Of a stretch of 64,000 nucleotides of DNA, positions 9,559-18,566 are shown in pieces. Every line of letters begins with the position of its first letter. Position 1 is the stretch's first letter. This stretch comes from a virus: IMG/VR virus record IMGVR_UViG_3300007538_000020, positions 30,982 to 94,981 of that record; one strand, 5' to 3'. The notes under the pieces are model-generated. The model was given only the letters and a program-made list of their open reading frames with translations, did no database searches and had not been told where the DNA came from. Both the position numbers and the translations under genes were made by a program.

Positions 9559-10084
9559 ATTTAATGTTGGTGATTTTGTTACAATAAATGCTAAAGGATT
9601 TAAACTAATTAAAGATTTACCAAATGCTTTAGAAATTTATAATCAAAAAACAAAAGTTCAAATTGTTGAGTATGTAAATAGATATGATTATAATCCTTAT
9701 AAAGTATGTATAAATAATAAATATATTTATTTTAAATCAGATGAATTAGATAAAATAGAATTAAAAGGAGATATATCAATAGATACTAAAGTAAAAAACA
9801 AACAAAATTATTTAGACTTAAGTAGAAAACTACAAAAGTTAAAAGTAAATAATGAAGAGTTAGAAGAATTAAAAAAACAAAATGATTCAGAAATTTTAGA
9901 AATTGAAAATAAATTAAAATTTCTAAGAGATTTTGGATTAGGTTCTTTTGATGATAAACAATATAGAGGTATTACTAAAATAACAGGATTTATTTCAAAG
10001 ATTAATTTTATTAGTAATCCTAATCAAAGAATGTCACTTTACAATGAATTAATTAAACATTGTAAACAAATAAAAATTGAATAA
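9548..10084 (+). CDS. Hypothetical protein (SH3/KOW-like N-terminus, coiled coil)
   Basis: Starts KFNVGDFV; heptad-like central region. Confidence 0.5.
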   Translation: MRRKFNVGDFVTINAKGFKLIKDLPNALEIYNQKTKVQIVEYVNRYDYNPYKVCINNKYIYFKSDELDKIELKGDISIDTKVKNKQNYLDLSRKLQKLKVNNEELEELKKQNDSEILEIENKLKFLRDFGLGSFDDKQYRGITKITGFISKINFISNPNQRMSLYNELIKHCKQIKIE

Positions 10085-10104
10085 AATATAATAAATTTAA
10101 CAAA

Positions 10105-10434
10105 TTGAATTTAAACGATTATCAAACATTTGTAAAAGAAATTTCAGTATATCCTAATGTAGGTGAAAATATAATATATCCTGTATTAGGATTATGTGGT
10201 GAAACTGGAGAAGTAGCTGAAAAGATTAAAAAAGTTATCAGAGATAACAATGGTGTTATTACAAAAGAAAAGCAGATAGAAATAGGAAAAGAATTAGGAG
10301 ATGTTATTTGGTATATAGCTGCTATTTGTAATGAATTAAAACTTGATTTATCTGATGTTCTTTTAGCTAATATGGAGAAATTAAATTCCAGAAAAGATAG
10401 AGACAAATTACAAGGTAACGGAGATAATAGATAA
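10105..10434 (+). CDS. MazG-like nucleoside triphosphate pyrophosphohydrolase
   Basis: LGLCGETGEVAEKIKK, KELGDVIWY and NMEKLNSR motifs. Confidence 0.88.
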   Translation: MNLNDYQTFVKEISVYPNVGENIIYPVLGLCGETGEVAEKIKKVIRDNNGVITKEKQIEIGKELGDVIWYIAAICNELKLDLSDVLLANMEKLNSRKDRDKLQGNGDNR

Positions 10435-10439
10435 TAGAT

Positions 10440-10769
10440 ATGAACTTAATAATATTATTTGTAATAGCATTTATACAAAATATGGTTTTTACTTGGGTAA
10501 GTAGAAGTCGTAATAGTGGTAATGTAAATAAACATATGATTGCTTCTATATGTAGCAATTTAATTTGGTTTATATGTAACTTTTTTATACTTTTTCCAGA
10601 AATATTAAAAACAGTACAAGAAGGAAGTATATTAGATAGAGTTTTAGTTTTAATAATTTATACTATAGCAACATCGTTAGGTTCTGTAGTAATGATGAAA
10701 GTAAATTTAGGACATTGGTATATACCTTTTTTAACTGAAAATGGAAAAGATAAAGTAGGAGAAAGATAA
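10440..10769 (+). CDS. Small multi-pass membrane protein
   Basis: Three hydrophobic segments. Confidence 0.55.
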   Translation: MNLIILFVIAFIQNMVFTWVSRSRNSGNVNKHMIASICSNLIWFICNFFILFPEILKTVQEGSILDRVLVLIIYTIATSLGSVVMMKVNLGHWYIPFLTENGKDKVGER

Positions 10770-10793
10770 TGAATATATTTATAATAAGTAAAA

Positions 10794-11153
10794 ATGAAAT
10801 TAAATAAATCAGAAATAGAAGCATTAGCTAATAAAATATATGATGAATATAATGTAGAGAGAAACAAAACTATTAAAGCTGAAGAACAATCTGCTTTAGA
10901 AAAATATAAAAAAACCAAACAGTATTCTTTAATAGAACAATTAAAAAAAGAATTACCAGAAGGAATAGATTTATATTTTAAAAAACAAGGATTGAGTAGA
11001 GATTATCCTTATATGTTTGATATAAATTATACTATTAAATCAAGATATATGAGTTTAAGTGCTATAAAAGATGCTATAGTTTTAGCTCAATTAGATAACT
11101 CTAATATTAATGACATTATAGCTACTGTAAAAAAACAATTAATAAGTAATTAA
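10794..11153 (+). CDS. Hypothetical protein
   Basis: 119-aa ORF. Confidence 0.5.
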   Translation: MKLNKSEIEALANKIYDEYNVERNKTIKAEEQSALEKYKKTKQYSLIEQLKKELPEGIDLYFKKQGLSRDYPYMFDINYTIKSRYMSLSAIKDAIVLAQLDNSNINDIIATVKKQLISN

Positions 11154-11183
11154 TAAAACTTTAATAATTTTAAATTTTAATGT

Positions 11184-11435
11184 ATGATTGGTTTTTTAAT
11201 ATGTTTATTACTCATCCTTGGATTTTTTTATTTAAAAGATTGGGATGAGTCTGAGATGCTTAAATCTAGTTTGTTATTTAAGATATCTTCTTTAGAACAT
11301 AAATTAATAGCAGAGAAATATAATAATGAAGTGTTACAAAAAGAATTAACACTTAAAAAGAAAGAAATAAAACAACTATATAAAACTATAGAAGAGTTAA
11401 ATAAAAACAACATTGAAGATATTTTATTAGAATAA
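11184..11435 (+). CDS. Membrane-anchored coiled-coil protein
   Basis: N-terminal TM helix followed by heptad repeats. Confidence 0.5.
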   Translation: MIGFLICLLLILGFFYLKDWDESEMLKSSLLFKISSLEHKLIAEKYNNEVLQKELTLKKKEIKQLYKTIEELNKNNIEDILLE

Positions 11436-11436
11436 A

Positions 11437-12075
11437 ATGAATGATGAAGGAATAAATATAAATATTAAAGATTCTTTGGATAATAAATATACTCCTTGGT
11501 TTTTAATAGCTATTTTAATAATAGTAATAATACTAATGAAACAATGTGATGGTGTTAAAAAAGTAGAAGACTTTGTATGTAATTGTGATGAAAGTTATTA
11601 TGAGTTAAGAACTGTATATAGAGATACAGGTTCAGTAGAAAAAATTTACATACCAGAAAGAGATACTTTATTTGATACTGTTTTATTAGATAGATTTATT
11701 ACTATTCCTCAAGAAGTAGATACCCAGGCTATAATAGAAGATTACTTTAGAGTATATACTTGTAGAGATAGTTTTTTAGCTAATGATATTAAAGCTTATC
11801 TATATGATACTATAGGTATGAATAGAATATTATCAAGAAAGTGGGAACTTCAAAACTTGAGAGAAACATCTATTATACAACCAATTAAGAAACCCAAGTT
11901 TCAAGTTTATGTTGGTATGGGATTATCTAGTAGACATAAACTACCTATAAGAGCTGATATAAATCCTTCTTTAGCATTTAAAACTAAAACAGATTTATTA
12001 TTAACTTTTAATTATGGAGTATTTGAAAATAGAATACAGGCAACTGTATATTATAAAATTAAGTTTAGAAAATGA
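11437..12075 (+). CDS. Membrane-anchored protein with C-terminal amphipathic beta strands (spanin candidate)
   Basis: N-terminal TM helix, DT-rich spacer, C-terminal strands ending YYKIKFRK. Confidence 0.5.
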   Translation: MNDEGININIKDSLDNKYTPWFLIAILIIVIILMKQCDGVKKVEDFVCNCDESYYELRTVYRDTGSVEKIYIPERDTLFDTVLLDRFITIPQEVDTQAIIEDYFRVYTCRDSFLANDIKAYLYDTIGMNRILSRKWELQNLRETSIIQPIKKPKFQVYVGMGLSSRHKLPIRADINPSLAFKTKTDLLLTFNYGVFENRIQATVYYKIKFRK

Positions 12076-12200
12076 TAGAAATATTAAATTTTATTTTTAG
12101 TAGCTTTTGGATATGGTTAGGAACTTTTTTACTTTTAGGAGTAATTAGTTTAGGAATTTATAACTTATTCGGAAGTATTATAAAAGCAATAAGAAGATGA
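12072..12200 (+). CDS. 42-aa membrane peptide (not in the ORF track)
   Basis: MIEILNFIFSSFWIWLGTFLLLGVISLGIYNLFGSIIKAIRR; ATGA overlaps at both ends. Confidence 0.6.
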   Translation: MIEILNFIFSSFWIWLGTFLLLGVISLGIYNLFGSIIKAIRR

Positions 12201-12931
12201 GCACTTTCGTAATAGGAGATATTCATGGAAATTTAAAATCTTTAAATCAGATTTTAGAAAGAGCTAACATAACCAAGGAGGATACATTGATCTTTCTTGG
12301 TGACTATGTTGATAGATTTCCTGAAAGCGCAGAAGTAATACATAGATTAATTGAATTACAAGAAACTAATCCTTGTATATTTATAATGGGTAATCATGAT
12401 ATTTGGCTTAAAGATTATTTAAATAAAGGTATAGCTCCTAATTTATGGATAACTCAAGGAGGAAGAGAAACTATAGAATCTTATCAAAAATATTTTGACA
12501 ATAAAGAATTTATAGAAATGCACCGTAAGTTTTTAAATAATATGAAACCATATTATGTTGATAATAAGAATAGAATATTTGTTCATGGAGGGTTTACATC
12601 TTATAGAGGTATAGAACATGAACCTTATCATACTAATTATTATTGGGATAGAACTTTAGTTCAATTAGCTTATTATTATTCTAAGTTATTAGAAAAAAAT
12701 GATAACACTCCAATACCTAAAATATTAAATACTTTTAATGAACTATATTTAGGACATACTAGTACTATAAGTTGGAATGATGAAAATGGTGAACCAATAA
12801 CTACTCCTATAAAAATGTATAATGTTTGGAATTTAGATACAGGAGGGGGGTATAAAGGTAAACTAACAATAATGAATATAGACAGTAAAGAATACTGGCA
12901 ATCTGATAATGTAGAAACTTTGTACACATGA
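12197..12931 (+). CDS. Calcineurin-like Ser/Thr protein phosphatase (metallophosphoesterase)
   Basis: GDIHG, LGDYVDR, GNHD, VHGG, GHT and LDTG motifs. Confidence 0.9.
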   Translation: MSTFVIGDIHGNLKSLNQILERANITKEDTLIFLGDYVDRFPESAEVIHRLIELQETNPCIFIMGNHDIWLKDYLNKGIAPNLWITQGGRETIESYQKYFDNKEFIEMHRKFLNNMKPYYVDNKNRIFVHGGFTSYRGIEHEPYHTNYYWDRTLVQLAYYYSKLLEKNDNTPIPKILNTFNELYLGHTSTISWNDENGEPITTPIKMYNVWNLDTGGGYKGKLTIMNIDSKEYWQSDNVETLYT

Positions 12932-13101
12932 AAAGATTAAAATCAACTATTTTTATACTTGCTATAATTATGTTATTATCAATAATTATTTTAATAATAT
13001 TAAGTTTTTATCAAATAGTTAATGTGGGAGTTGCTGGTATAATATCTATAGCATTAATTTATATAAGTTATTTTTTACTTGAAACACATAAAAAATTATA
13101 A
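12928..13101 (+). CDS. 57-aa two-TM membrane protein (not in the ORF track)
   Basis: MKRLKSTIFILAIIMLLSIIILIILSFYQ..LLETHKKL; ATGA overlap upstream and abuts the next ATG. Confidence 0.6.
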   Translation: MKRLKSTIFILAIIMLLSIIILIILSFYQIVNVGVAGIISIALIYISYFLLETHKKL

Positions 13102-13425
13102 ATGAGTCTTAAACAAGATTTAATTAAGTTATTAGCTAATAACAAAATAGAAGTTAAATACACAGATGTTATAATAAACAATTATAATACTACAGGATTA
13201 AATACAATTGATTTATTTTTTAGATATAAAGAAGCTAAAGTTTTTTATTTATATACATGGTATACTAAAGGAAATACAGTTAATGCTAAATTAACTATAG
13301 ATAATATGAATAAATTAAATGCTTCTGATTTAGAAAAAATAAATCATATTTTATTTGCTTCTAAAGTGTTAATAGAACAAGAAGTAAAAACAATTAAAGA
13401 TGGACAACAACAACATATTGTCTAA
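13102..13425 (+). CDS. Hypothetical protein
   Basis: 107-aa ORF. Confidence 0.5.
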   Translation: MSLKQDLIKLLANNKIEVKYTDVIINNYNTTGLNTIDLFFRYKEAKVFYLYTWYTKGNTVNAKLTIDNMNKLNASDLEKINHILFASKVLIEQEVKTIKDGQQQHIV

Positions 13426-13879
13426 ATTAGAAAAACTAGATGCTATATTATCTCATATAAATAATGTAAGAGATAATTGTTTAAAGTTAGGTAAATATCT
13501 AATTAAAAATAATAGAGAACAATTAGGTTTATTGCTAATAGCTAATTCTCAAATACATGATCATTCTAAATTTTTTGGAATAGAATGGGATAATATAGCA
13601 GATAGACATGGTAATCCAGAATTAATTAAAGTAACAGTATTCCATCATAATCATACTAATATGCATCATCCAGAATATTGGGGTAGTATTCATAATATGC
13701 CTGATGTATATTTAGCTGAAATGGTTTGTGATTGGAAAGCTAGAAGTAATGAATTTGGAGGAGATTTAATTGATTGGGTTACTAATAAAGCTACTATTAG
13801 ATTTAAATTTACTTTAGATGATTTAGTAGGAATTAAAATAAAAGAATTTTTAAATATAATATTAGAAAAACAATTTTAA
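13400..13879 (+). CDS. HD-fold phosphohydrolase (DUF5662-like)
   Basis: HI..V, HDHSKF, HH..N.HHPEYW and EMVCDW motifs. Confidence 0.75.
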   Translation: MDNNNILSKLEKLDAILSHINNVRDNCLKLGKYLIKNNREQLGLLLIANSQIHDHSKFFGIEWDNIADRHGNPELIKVTVFHHNHTNMHHPEYWGSIHNMPDVYLAEMVCDWKARSNEFGGDLIDWVTNKATIRFKFTLDDLVGIKIKEFLNIILEKQF

Positions 13880-14175
13880 TGAAAAAAGCTAAATTAAAAG
13901 TAATAAAAACATTAATAGAAACTAATGATTTGAATTATAATAAACTTAAAGCAGCAGAAGAACTTCAAGAATTATCATTAGCTTTAACTCAACAACTTTT
14001 AAAACCTACGAGAATAACTGATGAAGCAGTTATAGATGAAATAGGAGATGTTTGGATTAGGATGCAAATTCTTATGAAGTTATATGATAAGAAAAAAGTT
14101 AATGATAGAATAGTTTATAAGTTAAATAAATTTTCTGAATACTTTGATAAAAGATTATATAAAGGAAGTATTTAA
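13879..14175 (+). CDS. Second MazG-like (all-alpha NTP-PPase) protein
   Basis: AAEELQEL and IDEIGDV motifs. Confidence 0.65.
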   Translation: MKKAKLKVIKTLIETNDLNYNKLKAAEELQELSLALTQQLLKPTRITDEAVIDEIGDVWIRMQILMKLYDKKKVNDRIVYKLNKFSEYFDKRLYKGSI

Positions 14176-14186
14176 TAATAAAAAAC

Positions 14187-14669
14187 ATGAAATTAAAAAC
14201 AAACAGTTGGCATAGTAGATATTATATGTATTTCTACGATTTGCGAGATTTTGAATTACCAAAAGATTATTGTACATATTTTTGGAAGTTGTCTTTTGCT
14301 ATTCTTTTATTTATATTACCTCTATTATCTTTACCAGCATTATTATTTGTATTTTTGTTTGATAAAAGAAATATAGATAGAATTTCTTTAAAAGAATGTT
14401 TACTAATGACTTTTTTTGGAAATATAATATTTTCTGTTTTTGGTATTGTAGGATATGAGTTTTATAGTGATTTTTATCATGCTTTAATGGCATTTCTTAT
14501 AATAATAGGTATTTTAATATTTATTATTCTTGGTGCTGTTGGATATATGTTCGTTACATCAGAAGAGTTAAAAGAATCAATATCCGATGTAGTTGAAGAT
14601 AATCTAATATATAAGAAATATAAATCATTTAAAGAAAAGAATTGTCCTATAATAGAATGGGATAAATAA
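14187..14669 (+). CDS. Membrane protein (3 TM)
   Basis: Three hydrophobic segments; CTYFW and CP motifs. Confidence 0.55.
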   Translation: MKLKTNSWHSRYYMYFYDLRDFELPKDYCTYFWKLSFAILLFILPLLSLPALLFVFLFDKRNIDRISLKECLLMTFFGNIIFSVFGIVGYEFYSDFYHALMAFLIIIGILIFIILGAVGYMFVTSEELKESISDVVEDNLIYKKYKSFKEKNCPIIEWDK

Positions 14670-14683
14670 TTAATATAAACAAT

Positions 14684-14720
14684 AAAAAAGTCCGTTGAAA
14701 CCAATCAACGGACTTTTTTT
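14684..14720. terminator. Bidirectional rho-independent terminator between the convergent arms
   Basis: aaaaaagtccgttga-aaccaa-tcaacggacttttttt: perfect stem with T tracts on both strands. Confidence 0.92.
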
Positions 14721-14739
14721 TACCCCTATCAATTAATGT

Positions 14740-17700
14740 TTATCTTGTATATCTTGAATCTAAATTTAGATTTTCTAATTCTTCTAATCTTTGAATATGA
14801 TTAACAACAGGAATTACTTTTTTAACTTTTCTAACAAAATTAGATTTATCTTTATTGTAACCAGTTTTAATTTTATCTTCTCCTTGTATTGCTCTTATAG
14901 CTGCTGGAATTAATTCATATACATCAACTATACTCTTTGTAACAGGACTAATATCTCTTAAAATTTTAATCTGAGAAACAGGAGATACAAAGAAAGATAA
15001 TTCCCCTTCAATTCTCATAGATTGATTAGTTATAAAAGTTAATAAAGCTACTTTCTCATCATCATCATCTAATTCTATTGATTTTAATATAGAAGATGCA
15101 GCTATTAAAGTTAGAATAAGTCTAAGTTCAGCTACATTCTTTCTCATATTCTCCTGATCTATTTCACTTAATCCTTCAAAAGAATTAGATTTATATAATC
15201 TAAAACTAAGTTGACTTAATATTTCAGTTCCTAACATTTTAACATAATTAACTAAATCAGTATTTTTATAAGTATCCATAGCACTTATCCATCTGCCTTT
15301 CATAGTTCTTCCTAACCTTTCATCATAATATTCTTTACCTATTCTCGCAGATATAGCTTGAGGTAACCATCTTCTAAATATCATTATCATTCTTCCCCAT
15401 GTTTGTGATTTAATCTTTATAGGAGAATCAGGATCGTAGTTACCATGTACATATTTATTTATTTGTTGTATCTTTTTGTATAACTCAAATTTGTTTTGAG
15501 ATCCATCGCCATAATTATAATCAGGAAACTCATCTTTTTTAAATTTTCCGTTATCGTCAAAAGCATCGAATAAAGTGTGTTCTTTACCATTTTTATCTTT
15601 TAATTTGATATTCAACATAGTAGCTATCATAGTTTGAGATTGTACAAACTTCTCTGTATGTATTTGAGCAAAGAATAATACATCTCCCATTTTTTTACCT
15701 ATACTACCTGATTCATAAAAAGTATCTGTAGCATCTTTAACTAAGTTAAATTCTTTAGCTAAGTTATATACTTTACTATTAGGTTTTACAATACTAGTTG
15801 CTAATAAAACAGCTCTTCTTAATTGTGATTCTGTATAATCAACATTACCTGCAGCATGTATAAAGTTAGATATAGTACCAAATAAAGTATTAGTTACAGC
15901 AGAAAAAGCATTAAAAGATAACCCTTTTAATCTGGTATAATCTATAAACCTATCAATTATATTACCTATAGTAATTTTTCTTACTTCTCCTTCAACTTCT
16001 ACAGTACCTATTTTAGAAGTATGATCTTCTCTATGTTTATCATATAACATAGAATCAATATAATATTCTAATTGGTCAATTGATTGTTTATTACCATTTA
16101 AGAGTTCAATCATCTCACCATACTTATTAGTTTTATTCTTTCCTTCTACTTCTATTCTCTCTTTTAAAGTTTTAAATATATTTCTAGCTATTATGATAGG
16201 ATCTTCTACAGCAGCTTTATATTCATAAGAATAAGACATTACTGCAAAAGCATTTAATACTTTTTCTAAATCATAAGATTTTTCATCAGCATTTAATTTA
16301 CCAGATACCATATATACTGGTATTTTCTTTTGTGGTCTACCTGTTAATGGATCTTGTAAAGAATAATCTTTAACAGCATCTAATGGTTCTGAGAAATACT
16401 TAACAAAAGCAGGACCTAAACCTCTAAAGATATCTGTCATTTTCTTTTTACTAAGTTCATGCAACATAGACCTTTTCAATTCAGGTATAAAATTAGATTG
16501 CATGTTTACTGGAAGAACACCTTTTCTTTCATCTAATTTAGTAACAAAATAATTATAGAATCTTTGTAGTTCTGGAGTATTCTCTATTTTAGTATATCTA
16601 TCATCTTTCCATAAACTTTCTTTTGGTTTATATTCTATATATAAATATTTTTTCTTACCATTTGTAGGATTGTGTTCTTTTATCCATTCTGTAAATAATG
16701 CTTCATTAACATTACCATCTACATCAGTATATAATAATTTAGCTTCACTTTTAGCTTTATTATATTTATCATTATCTACAATTATATCTGTATTCTCTTC
16801 TAAAAATTTATAATACTTATTCCATTTTTTAGTTTCTTTAGCTTCTTTTAAAAGTTTAGAACGTATATCATAAAATTCTTGTTTAATATTAGTTATGTAA
16901 TTACCTGTTAAATTACCTTTATTATCTTTCTGTACAAATAAATCCCATAATTTTTCATCTTTAATATTATTAGCTTTAGCCCATTCTTTTAATAATTTAA
17001 CTTCTTTAGAAGTTTCTTCTTCAAATTCTTTAGCTGACTCATAAGCAGAAAATGAAGCTCTATCTAATAACTCATATATTTTTCTAAACAATGGTATTTT
17101 AGATACAGATATATCTAAGAACTGAGCTTCAAAGAAATTAGTTTCTGTTGGATTTATAAATAAGTTTCTAGGATCATGAGGATTAGAAATAAAAATATCA
17201 TTTAAATAGTTATTTATGTATAATTTATTTACATTATCTAATAATCTACTTGCTTTATCAGATATTAAAGATAAGTTTTTATTTAATTCTTCATCTTCAT
17301 ATTGTATAATTTTAGATAAATTTCTCCACGCACTTAAATAGTCATTAGCAATAGCATATAAATCTTCTTTTTCTTCTCTAGATAAACTGGTAAAATTATT
17401 AAATAATTGTTCTACTTTATCTACTTGTGATTTTGCTAAATCTTCTATTAATCCTATATCTCTTGTTTTAACTAACTTTTTAATATAGTTCTCTATTGCT
17501 GTTATTCTCGCATTTATTTTGTTATTCTTTGTTTCATTTCCTTTTACTCTTTGAGATTTAAGAACATCAATTACTTTTTGTTGTCTTCTTATCTCATCGT
17601 CAATTGCTTTTACACCAGTCTTTTTACCTGATATAGAATATAAAGTATCAGTACTTAAAAAATTTCTTATATCAAAGGATGTTCCTTCTAATAAATAAGA

Positions 17701-18543
17701 AGATGATTCTTTTAATACTTCGTTTAATTGTTTTTCAAATAACTCTTCGTTACTATTTTTAAATATACTTTTAATATACTTTAATATTCTTTGTATTATA
17801 TTATCTGTTTTAGTATCAGATTTATTTTTGTTATTATGGATATAATTATTAATTAATTTACCCATAGTTTCTTTAACTAATAACTCTTCGTTATTATCAT
17901 ATTCATTAGAATATGTTTCTAATACATTATTATATTCAGTTGTATTTTTAGATAATTCGTATAATCTATTATATAAAGTAGGATTTTTAACTTTTAACAT
18001 TTCTACTAAAAAGTGAGCAGCTTCTTCTCCTAGTACTGTACTATCTAATTTATCCTTAGATACTTTAATAACTTTATTTAGAATATCTGCTAAAGCATCT
18101 GCTTTTAAATTCTTTCTTGTAGTTAAATTATCAACAACTTCTACCGATATATCATTGTTATTTAAAAAGTTAGTTATTATATCTAATAATTTAGATTCTG
18201 TTTTATCAACAGTCTCTTCTTTTGTATCCATTGATTTTTTAATAGGATTAAAAGGAGGAATCTCTTTATCAAAAGATGGTGATAAAGAATAAAATATATT
18301 ATTCTTATTATCAACTTTTTTAAATAACTCTTTATTAGGAACAGCTTTAGTTCCATTATTTTCTTCATAGAACCATTTACCTTCTATATCATATCTTTCT
18401 ATTCCGTTTTGAGTTAATAGTTTATTAACCTCTCTAAACTTCTTTAAATCAGTAATATTTAGATAAGGGTCTATTACATTATTTCTTTTCAAATAATCTT
18501 TAGCGTTAGCTTCTGCTGTTTTATAAGGTAATTTACAAGACAT
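14740..18543 (-). CDS. Large virion cargo / ejection protein
   Basis: 1267 aa, immediately downstream of the vRNAP as in crAss-like phages; degenerate zincin motif GEEAAH. Confidence 0.65.
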   Translation of the reverse strand: MSCKLPYKTAEANAKDYLKRNNVIDPYLNITDLKKFREVNKLLTQNGIERYDIEGKWFYEENNGTKAVPNKELFKKVDNKNNIFYSLSPSFDKEIPPFNPIKKSMDTKEETVDKTESKLLDIITNFLNNNDISVEVVDNLTTRKNLKADALADILNKVIKVSKDKLDSTVLGEEAAHFLVEMLKVKNPTLYNRLYELSKNTTEYNNVLETYSNEYDNNEELLVKETMGKLINNYIHNNKNKSDTKTDNIIQRILKYIKSIFKNSNEELFEKQLNEVLKESSSYLLEGTSFDIRNFLSTDTLYSISGKKTGVKAIDDEIRRQQKVIDVLKSQRVKGNETKNNKINARITAIENYIKKLVKTRDIGLIEDLAKSQVDKVEQLFNNFTSLSREEKEDLYAIANDYLSAWRNLSKIIQYEDEELNKNLSLISDKASRLLDNVNKLYINNYLNDIFISNPHDPRNLFINPTETNFFEAQFLDISVSKIPLFRKIYELLDRASFSAYESAKEFEEETSKEVKLLKEWAKANNIKDEKLWDLFVQKDNKGNLTGNYITNIKQEFYDIRSKLLKEAKETKKWNKYYKFLEENTDIIVDNDKYNKAKSEAKLLYTDVDGNVNEALFTEWIKEHNPTNGKKKYLYIEYKPKESLWKDDRYTKIENTPELQRFYNYFVTKLDERKGVLPVNMQSNFIPELKRSMLHELSKKKMTDIFRGLGPAFVKYFSEPLDAVKDYSLQDPLTGRPQKKIPVYMVSGKLNADEKSYDLEKVLNAFAVMSYSYEYKAAVEDPIIIARNIFKTLKERIEVEGKNKTNKYGEMIELLNGNKQSIDQLEYYIDSMLYDKHREDHTSKIGTVEVEGEVRKITIGNIIDRFIDYTRLKGLSFNAFSAVTNTLFGTISNFIHAAGNVDYTESQLRRAVLLATSIVKPNSKVYNLAKEFNLVKDATDTFYESGSIGKKMGDVLFFAQIHTEKFVQSQTMIATMLNIKLKDKNGKEHTLFDAFDDNGKFKKDEFPDYNYGDGSQNKFELYKKIQQINKYVHGNYDPDSPIKIKSQTWGRMIMIFRRWLPQAISARIGKEYYDERLGRTMKGRWISAMDTYKNTDLVNYVKMLGTEILSQLSFRLYKSNSFEGLSEIDQENMRKNVAELRLILTLIAASSILKSIELDDDDEKVALLTFITNQSMRIEGELSFFVSPVSQIKILRDISPVTKSIVDVYELIPAAIRAIQGEDKIKTGYNKDKSNFVRKVKKVIPVVNHIQRLEELENLNLDSRYTR

Positions 18544-18566
18544 TTAATTGATATTTTATTTTTATA

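Noticed and set aside
1523-14704. Short minus-strand ORFs within the + arm
   Set aside because: They are antisense shadows of well-supported genes, with no motifs.
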